64,000 nucleotides of DNA from a virus: positions 1-64,000 of the IMG/VR virus record IMGVR_UViG_3300030419_007002; one strand, given 5' to 3'. The notes under the pieces are model-generated. The model did not search any database. It was given only the letters and a program-made list of their open reading frames with translations, and was not told the origin of the DNA. This document shows positions 17,703 to 27,280 of the stretch, in pieces (position 1 is the stretch's first letter; each line of letters begins with the position of its first letter). A program made the translations under genes and the position numbers.

Positions 17703-20122
17703 CTTTCTACTCTTTCTTTCGCCTTATAAAAGAAAACTCGTTCGTGGTTTATTGGAGATGCCAGTAGGATTGCTGGTTTAACATCTTGAATTTTAGTTAA
17801 TTGGAATATGTGAGACATCCATGTTTGCTCGAATGGGTGACTCCATGTTTCGTCTAAAAACATTTTTTTGTTTCCCTCCTTGCTAACTATCTGCGGCCAG
17901 TTAGAATAGTAAACCTCACCGTCTATGTACGGAAGACCCTCTAAGCTTTTTATCTCGTTGAACGTGGTGCGGGGGCAGTTATCGTCTAGTCCTAATGTGG
18001 GTAGCTTGTTGTAGTTTGGCCAGTACTCCTCTCTTTTTTCTTGAGGGACGTTATACCAAGCCCATTGGGTTGCATTATCTCCATAGAATTCGGTAAAAGA
18101 TAATTTAAGAAAATCATATTCTTCTTTCAGCATTATCTTTATGCATTTTTCGTATAGGTCTTTTACGTAGTTATTGAATCCATTTTTGCAAACGGTACTA
18201 GTCAGGCTAGAATCGGTCGGCGGGTATAGCATCATGTCATCTTCAAGCCAAAACATAAACTCCGAATCAGACTCGGCGAAATGTTCTGCCGCTCTCTGTC
18301 TACCTCCACATATACCTAAATTTCCTTCTTTTATTTGCTCGAAGTCGTAGGCTTTGCATATTTTTTCGTATTTTTTATCTAAAGACTTTTTAGTTGAATT
18401 GTTTACTAAAACTTTTTTTAAGTTCGGGTCTTTTAAGAATCCCTCATGTGCTTCGTAGGAGTCTAATAGTAGCTGCAGTTGATCCGGGGAATTAAAAGTT
18501 ATTATATAGAGCGAGCATTTTATACCAGTAATATCTATTATCCTGTTTTGTTTTCTGGCTAATTTTATTGAGTCCTCTAGCTCCGCCTTACCCTCTAGTA
18601 TGTCCTCAAAAAATTTATTTATGAATCCGTTTTCTTCGATCATGAACCTGTCGAAGATCTGCGGGTTGAGGTACGTCATCAGGGTGAATATGCTTTCCTC
18701 TGTACCCATATGCCCCTCTTTTAGGGTTGACTCTAGTAAGTAATAATAGAAGCCGTTAGCCTCTGCTATGTGTTCTTTTCTTCCTCCAAAGAAGCCCCCT
18801 CTTGCTACCCAGCTGACATGCTTTGTCTCTGCGTACCTATCCATTGCTGCCTTTTCGAATCCGTGTATTTCGGATTGCGTCTCGTAAGGAAAGCATAAAA
18901 ATAGAAACTTATCCAAGAAGGGCTCTACCTTAGGTATTATTTCATGCTTCGTCCAGTAGCCTTCGTGAACTGTACTGGTTATTCCTCCATCTACCCAAAC
19001 GAAATAATCCGTACCGAACGGATCCATTATAGACGCATCATTTAGCATGAACATTTTGCTCATAACCATCGGATTGTATAGCTCCATGGTTGCCTGAGTG
19101 CTTTGCTCTAGCCAAGACGCTTGTTCTTTCCAAGATTTTCTTTTTCTTATCTTTTGTACTTCTTTGTAGAAGGGGAATTTTTTAAAATCAGAAACCTCCT
19201 TTATTGAAACTACTGTATTGTGTTCGGATCTATGCTCCCAGACTATGTGCTCATATTTCTTTTCTATGTATATGTACATAGGGGAGTCTGTTTTTAGTAA
19301 TTTAATAAAATTATCTATATAAAAATCAAAACCCCTTTTGAAGCCTTCTCCGGCCTTGTCTCTTTTAAGATCCCATATACCGGTAACAATGGTGGTTTTG
19401 CCCTTGTCGAAGTCTGAGCTATTGCCCTGAGTCGATGGGGCAAAATATAAATCTGAGCTTCCTTTGTAAAACTCATTACAGGTAAAGCCTTCCTCGTTAA
19501 AAAGGGCGAGTATCCGGTGGTTGCTGAGGTAGTCTCTGCCTGACTTGCCGTTTGCTGACTCAAAAACAATTACTGGTTTCTGTTCCGATTTTCTTAGGAA
19601 ATCTAGGACTCCTTTTAAAACTAAATAGTCTGCCCCCTCGCAATCTATTTTAATTAAATCAATATCTTCTTTATAGTTTACGTTTATTAAGCTTTCGTTT
19701 ACTAGTTCGTCAAAATTGTAAAAGGTTTTCTCCTGTCCTTCGCCTTCTGAGCATATCTTGTCTAGCCCTAGGTTTAAGTCTTTCTCGTCGACTTCGCCTT
19801 CTCTTGTTGCTGTGTGGAAGTATATATTTTTTGTTTCATCTAATAAGCCGTAGTTGTATACGTCTACCTTCTTATTTCTCGAGAGATTCTTTTTGGAGAA
19901 CTTGAATAGATCAATTGATGGCTCTAATAAAATTCCTTTGTTTATTTTTATTTTTTTAGATAAGTTAACGAAAAACTTACCCGTATTACTACCTATGTCT
20001 ATTACGCTATAGGATTTTTTCTTTGGTAAAACTTCAGAAATTTGATGGATCAATGAGTCTATGTGTCTGTCTTGCTCTTTGTGCCACCTCCTGATTAGCT
20101 CTGTTCTTTTTTTAGATGTCAT
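17699..20122 (-). CDS. fusion: FkbM methyltransferase + HtrL/YibB-like glycosyltransferase + GT-A domain
   Basis: DIGSNTG/IKIDCEGAD; TIVTGIWD..R, YNPMVMSK, YFVWVDGG; C-terminal FWLEDD. Confidence 0.75.
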   Translation of the reverse strand: MTSKKRTELIRRWHKEQDRHIDSLIHQISEVLPKKKSYSVIDIGSNTGKFFVNLSKKIKINKGILLEPSIDLFKFSKKNLSRNKKVDVYNYGLLDETKNIYFHTATREGEVDEKDLNLGLDKICSEGEGQEKTFYNFDELVNESLINVNYKEDIDLIKIDCEGADYLVLKGVLDFLRKSEQKPVIVFESANGKSGRDYLSNHRILALFNEEGFTCNEFYKGSSDLYFAPSTQGNSSDFDKGKTTIVTGIWDLKRDKAGEGFKRGFDFYIDNFIKLLKTDSPMYIYIEKKYEHIVWEHRSEHNTVVSIKEVSDFKKFPFYKEVQKIRKRKSWKEQASWLEQSTQATMELYNPMVMSKMFMLNDASIMDPFGTDYFVWVDGGITSTVHEGYWTKHEIIPKVEPFLDKFLFLCFPYETQSEIHGFEKAAMDRYAETKHVSWVARGGFFGGRKEHIAEANGFYYYLLESTLKEGHMGTEESIFTLMTYLNPQIFDRFMIEENGFINKFFEDILEGKAELEDSIKLARKQNRIIDITGIKCSLYIITFNSPDQLQLLLDSYEAHEGFLKDPNLKKVLVNNSTKKSLDKKYEKICKAYDFEQIKEGNLGICGGRQRAAEHFAESDSEFMFWLEDDMMLYPPTDSSLTSTVCKNGFNNYVKDLYEKCIKIMLKEEYDFLKLSFTEFYGDNATQWAWYNVPQEKREEYWPNYNKLPTLGLDDNCPRTTFNEIKSLEGLPYIDGEVYYSNWPQIVSKEGNKKMFLDETWSHPFEQTWMSHIFQLTKIQDVKPAILLASPINHERVFFYKAKERVES

Positions 20123-21752
20123 TTTTAGATATAATCCTATCTTCTATTACTACAGAGTCTAAACCATGCTCTAGCATAAGTATTGATTCTTGTATAGTAG
20201 AGACTATGGGTTTTCCGTTAACGTTTAGTGACGTATTTAGTAATACTCCGTGGTCATTTATTTTATTAAAATGAGTTAGTAAGTCGTATAGCCATGGGTT
20301 TTGATCCCTCGTGACCGTCTGTACTCTAGCTGTTCCATCAATGTGAGTAATTGACGCCAGTCTTTTCTTCCACTTTTTCTTAACTTTACAGGCGTAAGAC
20401 ATGAACCTCGACTCCCCTTCGAAAACAAAATATTTATTTACATCCTCCAGTCTAACGACTGGGGCAAAAGGCCTGAACCACTCCCTGTGCTTGACGTTAT
20501 CGTTAAGTTTTTCTTTCATTCCTTCTACAGATGGGTTGCACAGAATACTTCTATTTCCTAGCGCTCTTGGTCCATGCTCCGCTTTGCCTCTGGATACCCC
20601 AATGATATCCCCTTCTTTAAGTTTCGCGGCTAAGTCGCTTAGGTTAACGTCGGAAACAGCGCTTTCGTTTCCGTGAGAAAGCAGATTAAGCCCCATTATT
20701 GACAAATAAGAATCTTTATCTAGCAAGGGGAGTCCTGCATACGTCGCATCGAATCTTTTATCTGGCCTAAGGTATCCAAGGAGCATTCCTAAGGGTAGTC
20801 CGCAATCACTGCTATTGGGCGCGATGAACATGGGCCTCTTGAACTCATCTTTTATTCTCGTATTCAAGGATATATTAAGCGCACATCCACCAGTCAAAAT
20901 TATAGGAAGGTCTGGGTATTTTTCTATATATGGCCTAGTATATTTCAGGAATACATTTTCGAAAGCTCTTTGAGATGTCGCGGCTACGTCATATTCGATT
21001 TGCCCTTCGAGCCGTTGCTCTTCATCAAAAATTATGTTGGTGTTTTCTGTAAGTTTATCCAGCTTTTTCTTGTAAAAAAAATCATCTTCTTGGTTAAGTA
21101 GGTTGGCGTGCATGGGGCAATCGTAAAAGTCCTCAAAAAATGGCAGCCATCTCTCGATTACCTGTCCGAAAGCTTCTAGCCCCATGATTTTTCCAGAGTA
21201 AACTAGGTTACCTTCGGATAATGTTTCTTGGGATATGTCAGAAAAGAAATGCCCAAAAACCATGTATGGAAAACCTAAGTTAACCATAAAATAATTTCTT
21301 ATTAAGTTTACTCCTTTTTTTCTGTCAGCTAAATAAATATTAAATTGGCCATCGTTTCCGCCCCCATCATAAGAAATGACGAGCGCCTCTAGAAAATCTG
21401 ATTGATAAAAGGAACCGTTCGCATGACTTTCGTGATGGTTACAAAGGATAGCTTTATCGTGGTCTACTAAATCTAGTAAGTCTAATCTCTGCTCGCCTAT
21501 AACGTAATCCGCGCTTTGATGTAAACAGGTATCGAACCTTGAAGGGAGATTGTATTTTCTTTGGAGAAATTCCAAGCAGCTTTGGAAAGAGAAGGCTATC
21601 TTGTCTTGGTGAGGTATTTTGTATTGACAGAAGCCGGAGTTTTTCATCCCGAAGAATTTTTCAGCTTCCAATACATAAAAGGATCCGTCATGGTAGGCTG
21701 CTATGCCTCCATTATGTGATCCGTGTATAGAAATAACTGACTCATTCTTCAT
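20112..21752 (-). CDS. NodU/CmcH-family O-carbamoyltransferase
   Basis: HHESHA, DGGG, GKIMGL, GGCALN, GPRALGNRS, KHREWFRPFAP, HIDGTARVQTV, LNTS. Confidence 0.9.
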   Translation of the reverse strand: MKNESVISIHGSHNGGIAAYHDGSFYVLEAEKFFGMKNSGFCQYKIPHQDKIAFSFQSCLEFLQRKYNLPSRFDTCLHQSADYVIGEQRLDLLDLVDHDKAILCNHHESHANGSFYQSDFLEALVISYDGGGNDGQFNIYLADRKKGVNLIRNYFMVNLGFPYMVFGHFFSDISQETLSEGNLVYSGKIMGLEAFGQVIERWLPFFEDFYDCPMHANLLNQEDDFFYKKKLDKLTENTNIIFDEEQRLEGQIEYDVAATSQRAFENVFLKYTRPYIEKYPDLPIILTGGCALNISLNTRIKDEFKRPMFIAPNSSDCGLPLGMLLGYLRPDKRFDATYAGLPLLDKDSYLSIMGLNLLSHGNESAVSDVNLSDLAAKLKEGDIIGVSRGKAEHGPRALGNRSILCNPSVEGMKEKLNDNVKHREWFRPFAPVVRLEDVNKYFVFEGESRFMSYACKVKKKWKKRLASITHIDGTARVQTVTRDQNPWLYDLLTHFNKINDHGVLLNTSLNVNGKPIVSTIQESILMLEHGLDSVVIEDRIISKNDI

Positions 21753-23061
21753 TTAAGATAACTGCGTCTAAGATCTTCGGAGTGTCCTGTTCGTGTACCG
21801 AATCTGGGTAAATTCTACCGGACAATTTCTCCATCCAATCTTTAGACTTACTGTGGGGCCATACCACCCATTCAAACGGCTTAACTTCCGTTTCGAACTC
21901 CCTGAATATCTTTATATAACCATCTGGGTCGTTGTACAGGTGGGGCATATCTTCTGCGGTTACGTCTTGCCTATGTATGGTGTTGCCTTCTTTATCGTGA
22001 AACGCTACCGCCCAGAAGTCATAATCTTTCTCGGGTACTTGATTCTTATCAAGGTCTATGCAGTGTTTAAATATCTTCATGAAGGAGGCTTGCCACTCTT
22101 CTTCATTATTGTAAACTGCTGGGTTCGGGGGGTAATTCTCGTCTTTAGTCCATTTTTGTATAGCTCTTTTTCCAAAGTTTAAACCGGAATAAACTTCATA
22201 TTGCCTTAAGGTTCTGTCTGTGCCCCAGCCATACTTTCCGAAATCAATGTCATTGACTAACCCATCCATTTCAAAGAGGGTTCTGTTTCTTCGGTGTGAT
22301 GACTCGTTCTTCCTCCCCCAGTCTGAATCATCATCCCATTGTTTTGTCCTTCCTTTTCTGGTGTATTCGTGCCAAACAACCACTTTATGCGGGTGGAATA
22401 GGTCGTAGCCATGGGTGTAGGCTCTGGCGGATATGCTGATTTCTTCTCCGTGGAAGTAGTATTCTGGGTCGTGCTGTACTTCCTCACTGAATTTGCCCCA
22501 AGTAAAGCAGAAATGAGCAGAATAAAATCTAGCAGGAACAGGATATTTCAGTTCTTTAAAGTTCTCTATGGTTGAAGGCATGAAGAATACAGCGCCCTCT
22601 GGAATGAATCTATCAAAATTCATTTGCCAAGGCTCGTTCACCCTTTCCTCTGGGTCTTTTCTTGGGTTGTAGGATGGGATATAGGCTGTGAGTAAGGGTT
22701 TCTGGTAACCTAGGTCTACTAGGCTGTGGAACATTTCTTTAAGCTCTGTATCCCAATTCTTTATGAATCTGTGATGGGAGTCCAACTGTAGGGTATAAGT
22801 CTCCCCTTCGTATAATTGCTGTATTTGATTCCTCGCCCAGCAGGTGCCTTTTGTTTCGTCATGGGGTACTTCTATTATCCTAAACCTTTTATCATCTTTA
22901 TATTCTTTTAGGTCATCAAATTTATCATCTGGGTGAAACTGCCTACATATACCGAAAACTAAATCATCAGGTTTCTCGGCGTTCTCGATACAATCTTTTA
23001 ATGTGGGTAGGAGTTCTGGGTCCCTGTAGCTCGCTATCTGTATAAAAATTTGATCGGACAT
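21742..23061 (-). CDS. GT60-like (Skp1-hydroxyproline type) GlcNAc transferase
   Basis: IFIQIASYRDPEL, G.CWAR, QLDSHHRF..NWD, FHGEE...S.RAYTHGYD. Confidence 0.8.
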   Translation of the reverse strand: MSDQIFIQIASYRDPELLPTLKDCIENAEKPDDLVFGICRQFHPDDKFDDLKEYKDDKRFRIIEVPHDETKGTCWARNQIQQLYEGETYTLQLDSHHRFIKNWDTELKEMFHSLVDLGYQKPLLTAYIPSYNPRKDPEERVNEPWQMNFDRFIPEGAVFFMPSTIENFKELKYPVPARFYSAHFCFTWGKFSEEVQHDPEYYFHGEEISISARAYTHGYDLFHPHKVVVWHEYTRKGRTKQWDDDSDWGRKNESSHRRNRTLFEMDGLVNDIDFGKYGWGTDRTLRQYEVYSGLNFGKRAIQKWTKDENYPPNPAVYNNEEEWQASFMKIFKHCIDLDKNQVPEKDYDFWAVAFHDKEGNTIHRQDVTAEDMPHLYNDPDGYIKIFREFETEVKPFEWVVWPHSKSKDWMEKLSGRIYPDSVHEQDTPKILDAVILNEE

Positions 23062-23157
23062 TTTATTAAGTATTGTCAGGTGTTACTGGTTCAAAATATA
23101 TTAGATAATATAAAGTATTATTTCTAGAAAAACGTACATTTTTTTTGATAATGGTTA

Positions 23158-23700
23158 GTGTTGAGTATACTCAAGAAAAAGGTACCAGTGGATATAAAGA
23201 ATTGCTCATTGCTTATATTGGCTATGTTGCTGTCTTGGTATCTCTTCGTCGGGTATAAATATAGTTTTGTGTTAAATTGGGGCGAGAGTATGGTTCCTAC
23301 TTACGAAGACCGGGAAATTATAATCGTTCAAAATAAATATACGCTAGGAGATTACTGGCGTCCGGACAGGTATGACAATATAATTATACGGGTGGATGGA
23401 GAAAGGTTAAGTAAAAGGGTATTGGCTCTGGAGGGCGAGTATGTTCGGATCAGGCACGGGAAAGTATATATAAACGAAAAGAAAAGGGAAGATCCATATG
23501 GGGCAGGGCATATCATTTACTGGACAGAGCCAGAGGAAATAAGGAAAAAGAAGCCCGAGGAGGAGTGGCTATTCTTGAATGTAGATCAAGACGTAGGGCT
23601 GGTTCCGCCCGGGTATGTGTTTGTCATGGGCGATAATAGGAAGATAAGCTGGTACGGCATGATTAGGATCGAGGATATTAAGGCTTTAGTTATTTTTTAA
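23158..23700 (+). CDS. signal peptidase I (S26)
   Basis: TM segment, GESMVPT (Ser), SKRV (Lys), FVMGDNR. Confidence 0.85.
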   Translation: MLSILKKKVPVDIKNCSLLILAMLLSWYLFVGYKYSFVLNWGESMVPTYEDREIIIVQNKYTLGDYWRPDRYDNIIIRVDGERLSKRVLALEGEYVRIRHGKVYINEKKREDPYGAGHIIYWTEPEEIRKKKPEEEWLFLNVDQDVGLVPPGYVFVMGDNRKISWYGMIRIEDIKALVIF

Positions 23701-24686
23701 TTAAGTAATTCGATTGAGAGCTCGCCTTCCCCGTAGCGAGCGCGCTTCGTTAAGTCTACTGTGCTGTCTATCACTTTGCCTATCGGTACCTTAGAAAATA
23801 ATTCATCCCGTATACCGTAACTCTTTACCCAATTATAAAACTGATTTTTGTTAAAGCATTCATAATGTTCATTATTGGGATGAATTGTCAAGCCGCCGTT
23901 TATGTGCTCTATGTTCCGTATGTCGAACTCTGAGGGGTCATCTAGGTTTGCGAAGCAGGTCTCGTAATCCTTTCCTCCGATGGATTTGAGTATTGATACA
24001 TTGCATTCTTCGTAATTATCTGGAAAGCTAGATATTAGTTCTTCGTAGCTTACTTCTTTTAGTGAGTCCATAAATATGCTTTTTATGCATGTTCCTTCAT
24101 CGTTAAAAAGGCGGGGTCTACTCCAATTTATATTAGCAACTAAGGGATATTTACCTGTCCTTTCTTTGTGTTCGTTACAGATGGAATCTATGGTCGGGCT
24201 GTGAGAAGAGTTTTCGTATTCGTGGACGTAATGATTGATGTTGTGTAGCTGTTCTTGAAAAACATTAATATCAATAACTCGGAACTGGGCGTCAGTGTTA
24301 TCAGTCGTCCATTTTCTTAGTATCGGTGAGCCTATTAACTTAGATTCTGCTAATTGATCCTGTGTTAACTCATGGTGCCAGCAGTGTTCGGTTATTGACC
24401 CTGTGGTGAAGCATCTATGTATTCTGTTGGTTTGCGCCCAAGGCATGCCTAGGTATGCCTTGTATGGGAATTTTTTTCCATCTATTATTTTGTTAAGCTC
24501 TGCTATTGATTCGTTTATTTTTTGTGCATAGCTATCGCGTTTGCCAGAGAGGCCTGCGGCTTCTTCCTCGCTTGGGTGGTAATTTATTGAATTTACTCCC
24601 GCTACAGGAGGTATTCCATGACTCTTGAAGACGTTGTAAGCGCTAATCCACCTCTCCACGACTGGGGTCTCTAGTAGTTCTATCAT
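23697..24686 (-). CDS. hypothetical protein
   Basis: 329-aa ORF. Confidence 0.7.
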   Translation of the reverse strand: MIELLETPVVERWISAYNVFKSHGIPPVAGVNSINYHPSEEEAAGLSGKRDSYAQKINESIAELNKIIDGKKFPYKAYLGMPWAQTNRIHRCFTTGSITEHCWHHELTQDQLAESKLIGSPILRKWTTDNTDAQFRVIDINVFQEQLHNINHYVHEYENSSHSPTIDSICNEHKERTGKYPLVANINWSRPRLFNDEGTCIKSIFMDSLKEVSYEELISSFPDNYEECNVSILKSIGGKDYETCFANLDDPSEFDIRNIEHINGGLTIHPNNEHYECFNKNQFYNWVKSYGIRDELFSKVPIGKVIDSTVDLTKRARYGEGELSIELLN

Positions 24687-24729
24687 TACCTCCCCGTGAG
24701 AGAAGGTGAGTTTTATGTATTTTTGTTTT

Positions 24730-24939
24730 TTAATAAAGAATATATTGGTTATAGTCTACTTCGTCATCGTTCCAGCATGGGTTATCGCTGCCCTTGGCTT
24801 TCTTTCTTTTTAATTTTGAATGGCAGATAGCTAATCTTTGCTTGTGAGACGGGAATTCTTCTTTCATTGTGTCGTTACTCATACAGTTTGATATAAAGCT
24901 GTTTTTGTCTTGACCTTTATCTGGTGAGGGTATTGGCAT
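24730..24939 (-). CDS. conserved-looking phage hypothetical protein
   Basis: MPIPSP...FISNCM...QRLAIC. Confidence 0.7.
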   Translation of the reverse strand: MPIPSPDKGQDKNSFISNCMSNDTMKEEFPSHKQRLAICHSKLKRKKAKGSDNPCWNDDEVDYNQYILY

Positions 24940-24956
24940 AACTATAGTGGTTACAC

Positions 24957-24988
24957 GAAAAACGTGGCCAGCTTTCGCTGACCACGCT
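24957..24988 (-). terminator. intrinsic terminator
   Basis: GCGTGGTCAGC-GAAA-GCTGGCCACGT-TTTT. Confidence 0.8.
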
Positions 24989-25068
24989 ATTATCTATCTC
25001 CACCGGACACCCCCCTCGTAGGAAGCGTTGTTTAGTAGCCTAAAGCCCCAAATCAAAAACACCTTAGG

Positions 25069-25221
25069 TTAATTTTTCTCGCAAGCACAATTGCAATCGG
25101 CAACTGAGCAACTGTCGGATGAACAGCAGCCCGCTTCGCAGGAACAATCCGAACATCCGGAATTTCCCCAGTTGCAACCGATTACAAAAAGCGCAGCGAA
25201 TAAAGTGATAATTGTTTTCAT
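25069..25221 (-). CDS. metallothionein-like Cys-rich lipoprotein (50 aa)
   Basis: MKTIITLFAALFVIG-C-NWGNSGCSDCSCEAGCCSSDSCSVADCNCACEKN; ATGA overlap with the protease stop. Confidence 0.7.
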   Translation of the reverse strand: MKTIITLFAALFVIGCNWGNSGCSDCSCEAGCCSSDSCSVADCNCACEKN

Positions 25222-26159
25222 TTTCTTTCTTTTAGTATTAATACCTTTGGATATGTTACACGTAACATGAACGGAAATAACTTTTTAGTTTCTTCGTTAT
25301 CAGCGGTATCTTTATCATCTTCCTCATCTTTTGGTGCGTGTTCTATGGGCATTTTCTTTAATGTGTCTTCGTCTGGCATTTCTACATTTCTGTCTAGGGC
25401 CCACATCATTTTATGTTTTTCGCAGTAATCTTGCATTCTCCTAACGGGTACTATAAGGTTAAAGCCCTCTCCCGCTCCCCTGACAAGCATTCCGATATAT
25501 CTGGCATCAGATTTTAAATATACACCTCCGCCACTAGACCCGGGGAATGCGGTCACTGTGGTTTGATCGAATACATATTTATTTAAACTTTTAATTAACC
25601 TACCGTGCTGAGAGTAGATTCCATCTGTCATGCTGTTCGCGCCCATTTGCCCCAGTAAGCTGCCTACGTGGAGTAAGCCTGTGCCTAGGTCTGGAATTTT
25701 TTCATCAAGATAGAAAGTGACCGTGTCTGTCACAAAATTGTATTTTCTTACACGAAGCAAGGCTAAATCGTGTCCATCGTCTGCATCGCTATATTTAAGA
25801 ACTTCAGCGTCCATTTGCAGTCTGCCGACGGTCCTTCCTCCTTGCCTGATCTCTTTTACCACCATTGGGTCTTTAAATTCCACAATGGTCTTCGGCTTAC
25901 CGTCCACCAGAGCCGTCCTAGTTTTTCTTAAGTTGTCTATAACATGAGCGGCTGTCCATACGAAATTCACCTGATTCCCTTTGGCGTCTTTTCTCGTGAA
26001 GATAACCCCAGATCCTTCTCCGGTTGAAAAATCTCCTTCGGATCTTATTGTGACAGAAACATTTTGCAAATGGTCTGCGGTTGTTTGTTTTTTATCGGCC
26101 GCACTCAGGTCGAAGCTTGAGAACGCCAATCCCAGTAGGATAGTGTATACGATTTTCAT
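25218..26159 (-). CDS. secreted trypsin-like serine protease
   Basis: Signal peptide, TAAHV, DLALL, PGSSGGG. Confidence 0.85.
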   Translation of the reverse strand: MKIVYTILLGLAFSSFDLSAADKKQTTADHLQNVSVTIRSEGDFSTGEGSGVIFTRKDAKGNQVNFVWTAAHVIDNLRKTRTALVDGKPKTIVEFKDPMVVKEIRQGGRTVGRLQMDAEVLKYSDADDGHDLALLRVRKYNFVTDTVTFYLDEKIPDLGTGLLHVGSLLGQMGANSMTDGIYSQHGRLIKSLNKYVFDQTTVTAFPGSSGGGVYLKSDARYIGMLVRGAGEGFNLIVPVRRMQDYCEKHKMMWALDRNVEMPDEDTLKKMPIEHAPKDEEDDKDTADNEETKKLFPFMLRVTYPKVLILKERK

Positions 26160-26222
26160 TTTTACCTTTTACCTTTTAAGAGCTTACACAGTTTTATTGT
26201 TAATAATAAATTAAAAAACAGT

Positions 26223-26498
26223 TCAAAACGAACAAAATTCTTTCTCATCGTGAAGTAACTTAACCTCGTCTACCCCTAGTTTTTCCTTAATAAAAGCCTT
26301 GTCATCGTCCGTAAGAATGTCACACATATTTTGGTATATATTTTCTACGTTGTGCACTCTCTTGTTTCTGTCGCACCCGCATCCCCCGGATAGACCCGTA
26401 ACCATGTTTCTCCAATGAGAGAGCATTTCATTATAGTTTGGGGTTTTGCCAACGGATTCTAGCGTTTGAAAAAAATGACCAAAATTTTCTATTTTCAT
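26223..26498 (-). CDS. hypothetical protein (GCGC motif)
   Basis: ORF. Confidence 0.65.
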   Translation of the reverse strand: MKIENFGHFFQTLESVGKTPNYNEMLSHWRNMVTGLSGGCGCDRNKRVHNVENIYQNMCDILTDDDKAFIKEKLGVDEVKLLHDEKEFCSF

Positions 26499-26499
26499 A

Positions 26500-26853
26500 T
26501 TATTCCCTCATAAGTTTAATCAAAGAAAAATAAACAATAAGCGTTACTATTATAATAGGACAAAGATACCAAAGTCCAAAAAAATAAGCGGAAAAAATAC
26601 TCATCCATACAGTCAAGCATATTGGACAAGTTATCAATCTCATAATGAAAGAGTTATGTTTCTTTAGTAAGAAATCATGATAAGTAAAGAAGGGATTATT
26701 GTTAGATTCTTTTTCGTACTCATCTATTTTAATTAACTTACTTAAGCCAAGTAGCTTGGCGTACTCTAGTAATGCTTCTGTTTTTAACCACAATATAAGA
26801 ATAGTACAATTAATAAGACTCATGTGAGTCAAAATTAAATAATCTATTTTCAT
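26500..26853 (-). CDS. membrane protein with CPxC..W motif (DUF1360-like)
   Basis: LITCPICLTVW plus TM helices; TTGAAA-17-TATAAT ends 6 nt upstream. Confidence 0.6.
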   Translation of the reverse strand: MKIDYLILTHMSLINCTILILWLKTEALLEYAKLLGLSKLIKIDEYEKESNNNPFFTYHDFLLKKHNSFIMRLITCPICLTVWMSIFSAYFFGLWYLCPIIIVTLIVYFSLIKLMRE

Positions 26854-26914
26854 TTATGAATTATATTAAAGCATATTAAAATTTTCAAAAGTATGTTAAC
26901 GCTTCTTTAAGCAT

Positions 26915-26949
26915 AAAAAGACAAGACCCCCTATGAAAGGGGGCCTTGT
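26915..26949 (-). terminator. intrinsic terminator
   Basis: ACAAGGCCCCCT-TTCAT-AGGGGGTCTTGT-CTTTTT. Confidence 0.85.
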
Positions 26950-27275
26950 GTGTATGCGCACGCTTCTTTGAAGCCATGTTTTGTTGATGCTGATTGGACA
27001 TTCAGCGACCTACACAAACCGAAAGATATATTCGGAACCACCTACCTTCCTTTGAAGGCGAAGAAACTGTGCTTAAAACTTCTTACAGTGGTCGACCACA
27101 ACACGCCGGGGTATTGCAACAAGAATTACTTGTTAGTTTTTTAGATTATCTTGGTAGTAGATAATAGCTATCCCTTTGAAATGGCAGCAAGCCAACTGCC
27201 AACCTACTTTGCTTCGGTTATCTTGGGAAACCTTGTCTGATTACTCTCAGCAGGCTGAAAGATGTAAAATCTTTT
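26915..27275 (-). ncRNA. candidate ~360-nt multi-domain structured RNA
   Basis: Own TTGACT-17-TACATT promoter, about 10 hairpins with multibranch closures, terminator; no minus-strand ORF. Confidence 0.7.
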
Positions 27276-27280
27276 TATTT

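Noticed and set aside
26970-26986. AACAAAACATGGCTT (minus strand) resembles RNase P RNA conserved region V
   Set aside because: No GAGGAAAGUCC-type CR-I partner for the P4 helix was found in the region, so it is not called rnpB
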